Below the pieces are notes generated by a model. The model made no database searches. It had not been told where the DNA came from and saw only the letters and a program-made list of their open reading frames with translations. A stretch of 64,000 nt of DNA from Acidimicrobiia bacterium (GTDB taxonomy: Bacteria > Actinomycetota > Acidimicrobiia > Spongiisociales > Spongiisociaceae), in contig JBFGLM010000018.1 of the NCBI GenBank assembly GCA_041576165.1, positions 1 to 64,000 on the forward strand, written 5' to 3'. Both the position numbers and the translations under genes were made by a program. Of the stretch, positions 29,581 to 40,186 are shown in pieces. Each line of letters begins with the position of its first letter. Positions within the stretch are counted from its first letter, which is position 1.

Positions 29581-30759
29581 ATGGCCGCCGTGCTCAACAT
29601 CGCTCGCAAGGACCTGTCCCAGCGGGTCCGCGACCGCTCGGTGTTCATCATTGGAGTCGTGGCCCCGTTGGCGCTGGCGTTCATCTTCAACGTCGTCTTC
29701 GGCGGTGGGTTCTCCGACGTCGGCGAGAACATCACGTTGGACCTGGGAGTCGTCGATCAGGACGCCGGTCCGATTTCAGATGCGTTCATGGGGGTGCTGG
29801 GTGAGATCGAATCGGATGGATTGATCACTCTGGCGACCTACCCGACCGAGTCCGACGCCCGCCGGGCGGCGGAAGAGGGTGAGGTGGGGGCCGTGTTCAT
29901 GCTGGGTGACAGCCTCTCGGAAAGCATCCTGGCCGGGTCGGATGCCTCGATAGAGGTGGTCGGCAACGTCGATGCTCCCACCACCACGCAGATAGCTTCG
30001 TCCATCGCCGAACAGTTCTCGTTGGGAGTCCGGCGCGGCACCCTGGCGGCCGTAGCCTCGCTCATGACCGGCCTCATCGAACCCTCCGAGCTGGAGATGG
30101 TGGCCGAGGAAGCCGGCCGGACCGAACCGGCGATCTCACTCGGGGCGGCTGAGGCTGCTACCCGCCAGCTCGACGCATCCACCTATTTCGTGGGCGGCCT
30201 CTCGGTGTTCTTCTTGTTCTTCATCGCCGGGTTGTCGGTGACCTCGATGCTGGATGAGCGCCGGGAGGGCACGCTGGCCCGCTTGTTGGCCGCGCCGATC
30301 TCGCCGAGCTCCATCGTCGCCGGCAAGTCGCTCACGAGCGTGGTGATCGGTTTGGTGGCGATGCTCATCCTGGTCATCTCCTCCAGGTTTCTGATGGACG
30401 CTGATTGGGGGCCACCAGCCGGCGTGGCGCTGTTAGTGGTTGCGGTTGTGCTGGCGGTGGTGGCGATCATGACCATGGTGGGCGGCGCAGCCCATACCTC
30501 CGAGCAGGCAGGCAATCTCCAGTCGATCGTGGCGGTCACCCTGGGGATGCTGGGAGGCACGTTCGTACCCATCTCCAACGACGGGTTCCTGGCGCAGCTT
30601 GCCTTGATCACCCCGAACGCTTGGTTTCTGCGGGGTCTGGGCGACATGGCCGGCGGGACCGCAGCGGACGCTGTGCCGGCGGCGGGGGTGCTGCTCGGCA
30701 TGGCGGTCGTCACAGGCCTGATCGGCCTGTCACTGGTGCGAAAGCAGGTGAGAGTATGA
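29581..30759 (+). CDS. ABC-2 permease
   Basis: N-terminal TM, extracellular loop, ERREGTLARL and LGGTFVP. Confidence 0.9.
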   Translation: MAAVLNIARKDLSQRVRDRSVFIIGVVAPLALAFIFNVVFGGGFSDVGENITLDLGVVDQDAGPISDAFMGVLGEIESDGLITLATYPTESDARRAAEEGEVGAVFMLGDSLSESILAGSDASIEVVGNVDAPTTTQIASSIAEQFSLGVRRGTLAAVASLMTGLIEPSELEMVAEEAGRTEPAISLGAAEAATRQLDASTYFVGGLSVFFLFFIAGLSVTSMLDERREGTLARLLAAPISPSSIVAGKSLTSVVIGLVAMLILVISSRFLMDADWGPPAGVALLVVAVVLAVVAIMTMVGGAAHTSEQAGNLQSIVAVTLGMLGGTFVPISNDGFLAQLALITPNAWFLRGLGDMAGGTAADAVPAAGVLLGMAVVTGLIGLSLVRKQVRV

Positions 30760-31913
30760 AAGCTGCAACCATCGCAGGCGCGAATCTGCGCCGGTTCTTG
30801 CGCGACCGCTCCAACGTGTTTTTCGTTTTCATCCTCCCAATCGGCATCGTGCTGCTGATCGGAGCGCAGTTCGGGGGCGATTTCTCACCCAGGATCGGCG
30901 TGGTCGCATCCGCTGACGCGCTCGGGTCGTCAATCAGGGCCGCACTCGAACAGCAACCCGATATCGCAGTCGTGTCGTATGACGATGAAGCAGACCTGAC
31001 CCGGGCAGTCGAGAGGGGCGGTCTTTCGGCGGGTGTGGTCGTGCCGGCCGAGCTGGATGCCACGATCGAAGCCGGCGGCACGGGGGAGGTCAAGTTCCTC
31101 TCGCGACCCGACGGCTTCGGCCCCCAGATGCAGGCCGTGGTGGCGGAGGCGGTGGCGCTCACAGCTGCGGAGATCGACGCAGCCCGTTATGTCGAGGCAC
31201 GGGGAGTTGGTCGACCGGCCGCCGCCGCCGCTGCCCAGGAAGCGGCTGCCGCAGTGCCCGACATCGAGGTTGGTGTGACCACCGCGGGCGAGTCCCTTTT
31301 CCCGACGTCGCTCGGGCAGTTTGATCTTGGCGCTTCGAGCCAGCTGGTTCTCTTCATGTTCCTCACCGGTCTGGCCGGCTCGGCCGCCGTCATACAGACC
31401 CGCAAACTCGGAGTCACCACCCGGATGATGAGCACCCCGACATCGGTGGGTACGATCGTCGGGGGTGAGGCACTCGGACGCTTTGCGATCGTTCTGGTCC
31501 AGGGGCTCTACATCATGGCGGCCACGATCCTCTTGTTCCGGGTCGATTGGGGTGACCCGCTCGGTGCGGCCACGATCCTGATCGTGTTTGCCGTGGTCGG
31601 CGCCGGGGCTGCCCTGCTGTTCGGAACCCTTTTCGCCAACGATCAACAAGCTGGCGGAGTTGGTGTGGTCGCCGGCCTCGGTCTGGCGGCCCTGGGCGGA
31701 TCGATGCTGCCGCTGGAACTGTTCAGCGACTCCATGCAAACCGTGGCTAGGTTCACACCGCACGCGTGGGCCAACGAGGCATTCGCCGAGCTGGTGCGCC
31801 GCGATGGCAACGTGGTTGACATCCTGCCGGAGCTGGGAGTTCTGCTGGCATTTGGAGCGGTGTTTCTGGCGCTGGCGGCCTGGCGAATGAGAGCCATCAT
31901 CACCCGCTATTAG
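30756..31913 (+). CDS. ABC-2 permease
   Basis: ATG at 30756 overlaps the upstream stop; LRDRSNVFF, LGGSMLP and RFTPHAW. Confidence 0.9.
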   Translation: MKAATIAGANLRRFLRDRSNVFFVFILPIGIVLLIGAQFGGDFSPRIGVVASADALGSSIRAALEQQPDIAVVSYDDEADLTRAVERGGLSAGVVVPAELDATIEAGGTGEVKFLSRPDGFGPQMQAVVAEAVALTAAEIDAARYVEARGVGRPAAAAAAQEAAAAVPDIEVGVTTAGESLFPTSLGQFDLGASSQLVLFMFLTGLAGSAAVIQTRKLGVTTRMMSTPTSVGTIVGGEALGRFAIVLVQGLYIMAATILLFRVDWGDPLGAATILIVFAVVGAGAALLFGTLFANDQQAGGVGVVAGLGLAALGGSMLPLELFSDSMQTVARFTPHAWANEAFAELVRRDGNVVDILPELGVLLAFGAVFLALAAWRMRAIITRY

Positions 31914-32153
31914 GCCGAGCTCAGATCTGCGGCCGGCCGGATCCCACCCGCATCCCTATCTCGACCAGCGGATGAGGCGGCGCCGGCCACGTCAGAGGGG
32001 ACTCCTGCCGGACGGCGCCCCCGGCGGGAAGCCGATCCGAGCAGGCCGGCCATGCACCCGGGCGCCGGGCCGCGGCTTCAGGATCAGCGCGATCACCCAG
32101 GCCCCGAAACCGAGCTCGGCCACCTCGGGCCGGGAAGTGGAGCGTTGCGAGCC

Positions 32154-34826
32154 TCAACCGTTTGCCATGTTCTTCAGCACCGTGTGCAGAATCCCGCCGT
32201 TGCGGTAGTACTCCACTTCCACCGGCGTGTCGATGCGGCAGGTGGTTTCGAACTGCACGCGGGATCCGTCCGACCGGGTGGCGGTCACCATGACCGGTTG
32301 ACGCGGTTGGATAGTGTCGTCGATGGGGATGTCGAACGTCTCGGTCCCGTCGAGGCCGAGCGATTCGGCATCCTGGCCCTTTTCGAACTGGAGGGGGAGC
32401 ACGCCCATACCGATCAGGTTCGATCGGTGGATCCGCTCGAAGCTCTTGGCGATGACCGCTCTGACTCCGAGCAGGAATGAGCCCTTTGCAGCCCAGTCCC
32501 GGCTGGATCCCATTCCGTAATCGATGCCGGCCAGCACGATCGTCGGGATTCCGGCCGCCCGGTAATTGAGTGCTGCGGCGTAGACACTCTTCACCTCGCC
32601 GTCGGTGAAATCGGTCGTCCAGCCTCCCTCGGTGCCCGGGGCGAGCTCGTTCTTGACGCGAACATTGGCGAATGTGCCCCGTGTCATCACCCGGTCGTTC
32701 CCGCGACGCGATCCGTAGCTGTTGAACTGCAGCACCGGCACGCCTTGCTCCTTCAGGTACTCGGCGGCCGGAGTGCCGTCGGCAATGGAACCGGCGGGAC
32801 TGATGTGATCGGTGGTGATCGAGTCGCCCAGCTTGAGCAGAACCCGGGCCCGGCTGATGGGGCGGATCGTCCCCGGATCAGTGGTCAGCCCCTCGAAGAA
32901 GGGTGGCTCCTGGATGTAGGTGCTGTCAGGGTTCCACTGGTAGAGCGGCGATTCCACCGCGGGTATAGCCTGCCACTCTTCCGAGCCGTCAAAAACGGTG
33001 GCGTACTGCTCGCGGAATTGCTCCTGAGAGATGGACTGCGCGACGATCTGATCGATCTCGCTCTGGCTCGGCCAGATGTCGCGTAGGTACACCTCGTTGC
33101 CGGATTGATCCTCCCCGAGCGGTTGGGTGGTGAGGTCGATGTCAACGGTGCCTGCCAGCGCATAGGCAACCACCAGCGGGGGCGACGCCAGGTAGTTGGC
33201 GCGCACGTCGCCGCTGATCCGTCCCTCGAAATTGCGGTTGCCCGACAGCACGGACGCGACGACCAGATCGTTCTGGTTGATGGCTCGGCTGATCGGCTCG
33301 GGCAGTGGACCCGAATTGCCGATGCAGGTCGTGCATCCATAGCCGACGAGGTAGAACCCGGTCGCTTCGAGGTCTTCGGTCAGCCCGGCCCTGTCCAGGT
33401 ACTCGGTCACGACCTTCGAGCCGGGGGCCAGCGATGTCTTCACCCAGGGTTTGCGGGTCAAACCCCTTTCCCGGGCTTTGCGCGCGACCAGCCCGGCAGC
33501 GACCATCACGTCCGGATTGGACGTGTTGGTGCAGCTGGTGATTGCTGCGATCACAACTGCACCGTCCAGCAGCGTGAAGGTGGCGTCGTCGAACGTGACG
33601 CTCTCGACACCACCGGGTTTGCCATGGTCGCCGAACGTGGTTGTCAGATCCTGCTGCCACTGCGATTTCATATTCGACAGGGAGATTCGATCTTGGGGGC
33701 GGCGGGGACCGGCGAGCGAGGGCCCCACCGTCGACATATCGAGTTCCAGGTGCGACGAGTACACGATGTCGTGGGTGTCGTCTCGCCACAGGCCTTGTTC
33801 CCTGTAGTACTGCTCAACGGTGTCGATCAGGGCTTCATCTCGTCCAGACAGGCGCAGGTAGGCCAGAGTCTGGTCGTCCACCGGGAAGAAACCGCACGTG
33901 GCCCCGTATTCGGGCGCCATGTTGGCGATCGTCGCCCGGTTGGCCAGCGGCATGTCGGCCAGTCCCGGCCCGTAGAACTCCACGAACTTGCCAACGACGC
34001 CGTGCTGGCGCAGCATCTCGGTTACCCGCAGCACGAGGTCGGTGGCGGTGGCTCCGTCCGTCAGTTTGCCGGTGAGCCGAAAACCCACCACCTCGGGGAT
34101 CAGCATGTAAATGGGCTGGCCCACCATGGCCGCCTCGGCCTCGATTCCCCCGACCCCCCAACCCAGGACCCCAAGGCCGTTGATCATCGTCGTGTGGCTG
34201 TCGGTCCCGACCAGGCTGTCCGGATAGAGCTCCGTGCCGTTGTCCCACACGACCTTGGCCAGATACTCGAGATTCACCTGGTGGACGATCCCGGTCGCGG
34301 GCGGCACGACCCGAAAGTTGTCGAAGGCGGACTGGCCCCACTTCAGAAATTCATATCGCTCGCGATTGCGTTCGAACTCTTTTTGCGAATTGATCTGAAG
34401 GGCCATCGCCGTGTTGAACGCGTCCACCTGCACCGAGTGATCGATCACGAGATCCACCGCCACGCGCGGGTTGACTTTCTGCGCGTCTGCATCGTCGCCG
34501 GTCATGCGGACGATCGCCGAACGCATCGCGGCAAGATCGACGACAGCCGGCACCCCGGTGAAGTCCTGCAGCACCACGCGTCCGGGCGAGAAGGGGATCT
34601 CGGTCTCACCCACCTTGCGGGCGTCGTAGCCGGCCAGGTGGAGGATCGCCTCGTCGGTCACCGTGCGCCCGTCGTAGTTTCGCAGGGCAGCTTCGAGCAG
34701 AACCCGGATCGAGTACGGGATGCTTTCGATGTCGCCGTGGTCGCGCAGTACCTCGAGCCGGTACATCGATCGTTCGCCGAGGGGCGTGGTCAGTGTTTGG
34801 CGGGCACTGAAGGGGTCATTCGGCAT
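32154..34826 (-). CDS. acnA: Aconitate hydratase A
   Basis: [34 protein letters not shown] and [10 protein letters not shown]. Confidence 0.97.
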   Translation of the reverse strand: MPNDPFSARQTLTTPLGERSMYRLEVLRDHGDIESIPYSIRVLLEAALRNYDGRTVTDEAILHLAGYDARKVGETEIPFSPGRVVLQDFTGVPAVVDLAAMRSAIVRMTGDDADAQKVNPRVAVDLVIDHSVQVDAFNTAMALQINSQKEFERNRERYEFLKWGQSAFDNFRVVPPATGIVHQVNLEYLAKVVWDNGTELYPDSLVGTDSHTTMINGLGVLGWGVGGIEAEAAMVGQPIYMLIPEVVGFRLTGKLTDGATATDLVLRVTEMLRQHGVVGKFVEFYGPGLADMPLANRATIANMAPEYGATCGFFPVDDQTLAYLRLSGRDEALIDTVEQYYREQGLWRDDTHDIVYSSHLELDMSTVGPSLAGPRRPQDRISLSNMKSQWQQDLTTTFGDHGKPGGVESVTFDDATFTLLDGAVVIAAITSCTNTSNPDVMVAAGLVARKARERGLTRKPWVKTSLAPGSKVVTEYLDRAGLTEDLEATGFYLVGYGCTTCIGNSGPLPEPISRAINQNDLVVASVLSGNRNFEGRISGDVRANYLASPPLVVAYALAGTVDIDLTTQPLGEDQSGNEVYLRDIWPSQSEIDQIVAQSISQEQFREQYATVFDGSEEWQAIPAVESPLYQWNPDSTYIQEPPFFEGLTTDPGTIRPISRARVLLKLGDSITTDHISPAGSIADGTPAAEYLKEQGVPVLQFNSYGSRRGNDRVMTRGTFANVRVKNELAPGTEGGWTTDFTDGEVKSVYAAALNYRAAGIPTIVLAGIDYGMGSSRDWAAKGSFLLGVRAVIAKSFERIHRSNLIGMGVLPLQFEKGQDAESLGLDGTETFDIPIDDTIQPRQPVMVTATRSDGSRVQFETTCRIDTPVEVEYYRNGGILHTVLKNMANG

Positions 34827-34934
34827 GACTGCCCCCTTTCTGTGGGTTCGTGCGGGCGCCCGAGTCTAGCTCTGGCCCGCGGGGGCCTCCGTGAGACGGG
34901 CGCTCCAGGGATCGGCACACCGGACGGGCACGGT

Positions 34935-35579
34935 TCAGTCGGCGAAGTGGAACCGAACGGACAGCACGAGCGAAACCTCGGCCTCGCCCGGCTCGACGGG
35001 TACCGCCGCCATCTCGGACGCAGCCAACCTCGCCATCGGCGCCGGTGGCGTCCCCGGCTGGGTTTCAACGACTGCGGCTGCCCGGCCCAGCGGACGGCCG
35101 GCCAGCCGCGCCAACTCGGTGGCTTTGTGGACGGCGTCGGCCCAGGCTTGGGTCCGGGCCTGATCCATGCGTTGGGTGGTGGGGTCGAGCGCCAGTCGCA
35201 GCGAGTGGACCTCGGCGGCATCGCCGGCGACCCGGGTTGCTGCCTCCAGTATGGAACCTGTCCGCTCCAGTTCCCGCAGCGTGACCGACAGGACATGTTC
35301 GGCCACATATCCGCGGGGCGGTCCCCCATCGGGCCGGCGGTCGGGGTGCACGTGATAGCGGCTGCTGGCGACGTCGACCGACTGTGCAGCCTGCTCGCGG
35401 ATAGCGGAGATGACAGCTTCGATCAGACTTGCGGCGGCGTCGGTGGCGCCGCGAACGCTCGAGTCACGGGCGGCGACGCCGAGCTCTATGTGGGCCAGGT
35501 CGGCGGGTTCGGAGACAGTGCCAATCCCGATTACAGCGATGCCCTCGTCGACCGTCAGGTCGCGACCTCCGTCACGCAT
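34935..35579 (-). CDS. SIMPL/DUF541-family protein (start uncertain)
   Basis: V.G.GTV..PADLA.I.LGV, ARTQAWADA..KA..LA and VEPGEAEV. Confidence 0.8.
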   Translation of the reverse strand: MRDGGRDLTVDEGIAVIGIGTVSEPADLAHIELGVAARDSSVRGATDAAASLIEAVISAIREQAAQSVDVASSRYHVHPDRRPDGGPPRGYVAEHVLSVTLRELERTGSILEAATRVAGDAAEVHSLRLALDPTTQRMDQARTQAWADAVHKATELARLAGRPLGRAAAVVETQPGTPPAPMARLAASEMAAVPVEPGEAEVSLVLSVRFHFAD

Positions 35580-36256
35580 ACGTCGGCACTGTTCGTGTGG
35601 GGTATCACGACGGGCTCCCAGGTGCGGTCGATCGACCCGAGCAGCCCGGAGACCAGACCTTGATCCAGCGAACAGACGATCTCGGGGTGCTCCACGGCGA
35701 TATCGCCGAAGGGGCATTGCGATGTCAGGAGCTTGTGGGGATCCACGTCCGGCCGCATGTCGAAGCCGATCCCGGTCATGGCCCGCGCCACCGCAGTGAC
35801 CGCGTTCGCGAACCCGGCATCGCTGGGCAAGCCGATTTCGGCCGCCAGCCGGCTTCCGTATTCGTACCCCACATCGTGCGCGACCTGGGATGCCGCCCCG
35901 GCATCGAGCCGGCCGATCACCTGGAGCAGTAGGTCGGTGAGCAGGTCCAGGCGCCGGGTGGGATAGTGCACGTCGATCGGCTTCGAGGTTGCGCGGTAAT
36001 GCTTGGCCGGCCGTCCGGCGCCGGGGCCCGAGCGCCCCTCCGCTCGGCGGGTCGTCACCTCTAGGTATCCGTCCTGCGCGAGCCGGTCGAGGTGGTGACG
36101 CGCCACGTTGGGATGGATGTCGAACGCCTGGGCGATGTGTGAGGACGTCAACGGCTCGGGCGATTCGCGGACCGTGATGTAGATGCCGCGGCGGGTCGGG
36201 TCGCCTAATGCTCCGGTGAGGTCCCCGACGGATTGATCGAACTGTGTGGCGTCCAT
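35555..36256 (-). CDS. ArsR/SufR-like HTH regulator with C-terminal cysteines
   Basis: LGDPTRRGIY, IHPNVARHHLDRL, GRPAKHY, QCPF..HPEIVC and a distal Cys. Confidence 0.88.
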   Translation of the reverse strand: MDATQFDQSVGDLTGALGDPTRRGIYITVRESPEPLTSSHIAQAFDIHPNVARHHLDRLAQDGYLEVTTRRAEGRSGPGAGRPAKHYRATSKPIDVHYPTRRLDLLTDLLLQVIGRLDAGAASQVAHDVGYEYGSRLAAEIGLPSDAGFANAVTAVARAMTGIGFDMRPDVDPHKLLTSQCPFGDIAVEHPEIVCSLDQGLVSGLLGSIDRTWEPVVIPHTNSADVCVTEVAT

Positions 36257-36339
36257 GGGCCACCCCCAAAATGCTTGGGATGCAGGCTCACTATAGTTTC
36301 GAATCTCTTCTAAACACTACGGCGATCGGGTGAATTCAA

Positions 36340-37425
36340 ATGGTTGACCAAGCGGCGGTCTCCGCGGCAATCGAACAAACGGTAGATCCGCTGCTGGGCA
36401 GAACCGTGGGTGAGCTGGGCTACGTGGAGTCCGTCAGAACCAAGCTGGGGGGAACCGTCTCCGCGGGTCTCCGCGTACCGGTCCCCGGGGCGGAGAAGGA
36501 CGCTCTGGTCGAGGCCGTGACCGAGTCGGCTCGCGGTGTCGAGGGTGTGCGGTCGGTTCGGGTGGATTCCGAGCTGATGACAGACGCAGAGCGCGAATCG
36601 CTCATGTCCCGTCTGCGAGGGGATCGCCGCCAGGTAGGCGGCCAAGGCTCCCGCACCCGGATCATCACGATCGCCAGCGGTAAGGGTGGCGTCGGTAAGT
36701 CGTCGGTGACCTCGAATCTGGCGGTGGCGCTGGTGCGCAACGGCCGATCGGTGGGCGTGATCGATGCGGACGTGTGGGGTTTCTCGATCCCCAGGATGCT
36801 CGGGGCCGTTGGCGCCCCGGCGATCGTGGCAGAGAACATCATCCCCTTGCGCGCCCACGGTGTGAAGGTCATGTCGATGGATTACTTCGTGCCCGAGGAT
36901 CAAGCCGTCATCTGGCGCGGTCCGATGCTGCACAAGGCGTTGGAGCAGTTCCTCAACGACGTCTTCTGGGATGAGCCGGACTTCCTCCTCATCGACATGC
37001 CGCCGGGCACGGGGGACATTGCGATCTCGATCTCACAGTTCCTGCCACGGGCCGAACTGCTGTTGGTCACAACGCCCCAGCCCACCGCCCAGCGGGTGGC
37101 GAAACGGGCCGCCCTCATGGCGGAAAAGGTGAACCAGACGGTGATGGGCGTCGTCGAGAACATGGCCTGGTTCACGGGCGACGACGGCAAGCAATACCCG
37201 ATCTTTGGGGAGGGCGGAGGTGCGCTGCTGGCCGAGGAGCTGGGTGTTGACTTGTTGGCCCAGGTGCCGCTGCTCCCCGCGATGCGCGAGGGCGCCGACG
37301 TGGGTGTGCCGGTGGTGCTGGCAGCGCCGGGATCCGACGCCGAAGCCGCGTTCGATCAACTCGCCCATGCTGTCATTGCTAAACGACCGAAGCTACGGGC
37401 GCATCCCGAACTGGTGATCAGATAA
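36340..37425 (+). CDS. mrp: Mrp/NBP35 (ApbC-like) ATP-binding protein
   Basis: SGKGGVGKSS, DADVWG, WRGPMLHKAL, DMPPGTGD and VVENM. Confidence 0.93.
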   Translation: MVDQAAVSAAIEQTVDPLLGRTVGELGYVESVRTKLGGTVSAGLRVPVPGAEKDALVEAVTESARGVEGVRSVRVDSELMTDAERESLMSRLRGDRRQVGGQGSRTRIITIASGKGGVGKSSVTSNLAVALVRNGRSVGVIDADVWGFSIPRMLGAVGAPAIVAENIIPLRAHGVKVMSMDYFVPEDQAVIWRGPMLHKALEQFLNDVFWDEPDFLLIDMPPGTGDIAISISQFLPRAELLLVTTPQPTAQRVAKRAALMAEKVNQTVMGVVENMAWFTGDDGKQYPIFGEGGGALLAEELGVDLLAQVPLLPAMREGADVGVPVVLAAPGSDAEAAFDQLAHAVIAKRPKLRAHPELVIR

Positions 37426-37431
37426 CGCGGA

Positions 37432-38193
37432 TCACAACATCACGATGGCGGCGAAGCCGACCAGCCAGCAGTAGTAGGCGAACGGCTTGAGGCCCCACCT
37501 GGTCAATCCTCTTACCAGAAACGCTATGGCCAGGTATCCGGAGATGCCGGCAACCAGGACACCCACCGCCAGCTGGGGTCGCAGCCCGTCGGTGCCGGCC
37601 AGGTCAACTGCCTGAAGCAACCCGCCACCCAGGATGACCGGCAGGGCGAGCAGGAAAGCGAACCGGGCTGCTTGTTCACGGCTCAGACCACGGGCAAAAC
37701 CCGCCGCGATCGTCATACCGGACCGGGATATTCCCGGTATGAGTGCCAGCGCCTGGGCTGCGCCGATCGTTACCGCATCCTGGCTCGACGCCTTCTCGAG
37801 TTCACTGGCCCCGGTCCGGATCCTCCCCGCCACGAACAGCACGACCCCGGTTGCCACCAGGGCCACCCCAACCGCCGTGGGAGATTGCTGGAAACGGTCG
37901 ATTGCGCCCTCGAAGATCAGGCCGGCCACCACTGCCGGGATCGTGCCGACCGCAAGCAAGGTGAGGACCCGCCGGGCCAGCGGATCCCGGGGAAACTTCA
38001 TGAGCCAGGCCACGTCCCGGCGATAGTAAGCCACCACTGCTCCCAGTGTTCCAAGGTGCAGCACGGCCGTCGTCGCCAGATCGGGAGGCTCGAGACCCAG
38101 GAAAGCGGGGACCAAGACGAGGTGCCCGCTGGACGAAACGGGCAGGAATTCGGTCAGCCCCTGCACGAGCCCCCACAAAATCGCTTCGAACAC
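37432..38193 (-). CDS. uppP: Undecaprenyl-diphosphate phosphatase
   Basis: QGLTEFLPVSSSGHL and PGISRSG. Confidence 0.95.
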   Translation of the reverse strand: MFEAILWGLVQGLTEFLPVSSSGHLVLVPAFLGLEPPDLATTAVLHLGTLGAVVAYYRRDVAWLMKFPRDPLARRVLTLLAVGTIPAVVAGLIFEGAIDRFQQSPTAVGVALVATGVVLFVAGRIRTGASELEKASSQDAVTIGAAQALALIPGISRSGMTIAAGFARGLSREQAARFAFLLALPVILGGGLLQAVDLAGTDGLRPQLAVGVLVAGISGYLAIAFLVRGLTRWGLKPFAYYCWLVGFAAIVML

Positions 38194-38258
38194 GTTGCCT
38201 TCTCACTGTGTCGCAATGGCCGGGCAGGCCTGCGGGCGAGCCTATAACGCTCACTGCA

Positions 38259-38804
38259 CTATCCAGGGCTCCCGAGCAGCACCGTCACCCGGTTCTCGGC
38301 GACCGCGGTGGCGGCGGTGGCTGCCAGCTCCGGCGGTACTGCAATGCGGCCCTCCGAGCCGGTTGCGAGCGGGCCGGTTTCGGGACTTCCGGCAGAAACC
38401 ACCACCGCCGGGATCGGGTCGGGCGGCTCGATCCCCTGGCTGGGCAGGACCACCAGGCGGACCTGTTGGCCGGGCACGACGTCGGAGGGCAGATCGAGTT
38501 CCAGCGACCACCAGCCGTCGGGAGGGTCGAGGTCGGTGGTGCTGAAGTCCGAAGGTCGAAGCGGCTCGCCCGCCCGCACCGGCCGGGCGAGCGCGCCGTC
38601 AAGCGAAGGGGCCTCCAAGAACCCGGCAGGCAGGTCGCGCCATGCGATGTCGCTCGGTGAAAGCGCAGATCCTGCGGCCAGGTCTGCCCGTGCAAATGGA
38701 TACCGTTCGGTTGGGTGAGGTCGAAGCTCCAACCAGAGGGCGGCCAGGACCAGGCATAGGACCAGCGCATAGCGCATATAGGGAGGCCGGGGAAACCAGT
38801 ACAC
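38259..38804 (-). CDS. SAF-domain membrane-anchored protein
   Basis: TM, then ARADLAAG..L...D and RPVRAGEPL. Confidence 0.7.
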   Translation of the reverse strand: MYWFPRPPYMRYALVLCLVLAALWLELRPHPTERYPFARADLAAGSALSPSDIAWRDLPAGFLEAPSLDGALARPVRAGEPLRPSDFSTTDLDPPDGWWSLELDLPSDVVPGQQVRLVVLPSQGIEPPDPIPAVVVSAGSPETGPLATGSEGRIAVPPELAATAATAVAENRVTVLLGSPG

Positions 38805-38850
38805 CTTCGACGGTACCGAGCGACGCCGGGGTATGGAAGATGGTTGGCCG

Positions 38851-39438
38851 TCAGCTCAAATCGACCCGGAATCTCCGCTCTGCCTCCAGGATGGCTTCCT
38901 CGGTGTCGAGGCTGAACCAGGAACGGCCGTCTTCTCCCCACCGCGGCCATTCATCGTCAGGCACTGCGAGATGTTCATTCCGCGCTACGAGGTCCCGCAA
39001 CGATCCGCCCCACCGGTCGACCTCTGTCGCACTCTGCAGCCATTCGGCCGGATACCGCGCGCAGGTCACCTGCGGGATGCCACCTTCGTACGGAATCAGA
39101 GCATCGTGCACGTTTCCCGTAGCGACCAGGCGGCGCACTGTTTCCGGCCGCAGCAGGGGCTGATCAACGGCCACCAGCACGATCGGTCGGCGGAAATGCC
39201 GCAGTGCGGTCACGAGGCCGGCCAGCGGGCCGCGCCGTCCCCGTCCCTCGTCGGGTATCGATGCGAGCCCGGCCAGCCCTCCTTTCCGACCGACCACGAC
39301 CAGGTCGGGAAGGGCGGGTCGTAGGGCATCGATGACCCATTCGATCATCGGCCGGCCGGCCAGCAGAAGGCCGGCTTTGTCGGTTCCCATCCGGCGGCTG
39401 GCCCCGCCGGCCAGGATGACGCCCATCGGATTACTCAC
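38851..39438 (-). CDS. mobA: Molybdenum cofactor guanylyltransferase
   Basis: GVILAGGASRRMGTDKA, GPLAGL and AVDQP. Confidence 0.9.
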   Translation of the reverse strand: MSNPMGVILAGGASRRMGTDKAGLLLAGRPMIEWVIDALRPALPDLVVVGRKGGLAGLASIPDEGRGRRGPLAGLVTALRHFRRPIVLVAVDQPLLRPETVRRLVATGNVHDALIPYEGGIPQVTCARYPAEWLQSATEVDRWGGSLRDLVARNEHLAVPDDEWPRWGEDGRSWFSLDTEEAILEAERRFRVDLS

Positions 39439-39507
39439 GATCTGTGAGAATATGGCACCCGGCTTCGGTGGGCGACGGTATTCGAGGGGGACGTCGGAAG
39501 GCGCGCG

Positions 39508-40170
39508 ATGGATCGAGGACTCTGGCTGGCAGACAAACGGGACGAGATTCGGACGTTGTACGACCGGGTCTTCGCGGTGGATTATGACCAGCGGTTTCCG
39601 ACGATCTCTCCGACGCATCAGACCTTCGTAAAACACGTCCTCAACCAGCTGAATTCAGATGCGTGGATCCTCGACGCCGGGTGCGGCACCGGTAAATACT
39701 GGCCGGAGATCTTCGACCTGGGTCTCGGAGTAGTGGGGATCGATCAGTCAGACCAGATGCTGTGGCGGGCACGGGAGAAGTTCCCCCCAATTCGCACGGT
39801 CGTGTCCGGGGTGCAGGACTACCAGGAACTGAATGCATACGAGGCGGTTCTCTGCATCGACGTTCTCGGTTTGGTGTCCCCGGAGGACTGGCAGTTCGCG
39901 CTGGCGAATTTTCTGGGCGCGTTGAAGCCCGGGGGACTTTTGTACATGACCGTCGAAAACGCCGATCCCGCCGAGATTGACTACGCCTACGCAGAGGCCG
40001 TGAAGCTGAAGCTCCCGGTGGTCCGGGGCGAGATCGCTCATTCGGGCTACTACCACTACCACCCGCCGGATGAACAGGTGATTGCGTTCCTACAGCAAGC
40101 CGGGTTCACTGCCACCCACCATGGTCTGGGTGGTGGGTACACCCACTACCTCGCGACCAAACCCGTGTGA
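39508..40170 (+). CDS. Class I SAM-dependent methyltransferase
   Basis: ILDAGCGTG, GIDQSDQML and LKPGG. Confidence 0.88.
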   Translation: MDRGLWLADKRDEIRTLYDRVFAVDYDQRFPTISPTHQTFVKHVLNQLNSDAWILDAGCGTGKYWPEIFDLGLGVVGIDQSDQMLWRAREKFPPIRTVVSGVQDYQELNAYEAVLCIDVLGLVSPEDWQFALANFLGALKPGGLLYMTVENADPAEIDYAYAEAVKLKLPVVRGEIAHSGYYHYHPPDEQVIAFLQQAGFTATHHGLGGGYTHYLATKPV

Positions 40171-40186
40171 CCTGACAGCAGACCGA

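Noticed and set aside
31921-32157. 78-aa ORF after acnA
   Set aside because: Low-complexity composition, no motif and no clear RBS
33105-35663. 852-aa plus-strand ORF
   Set aside because: Antisense shadow of acnA and the SIMPL gene caused by high-GC codon bias; no motifs
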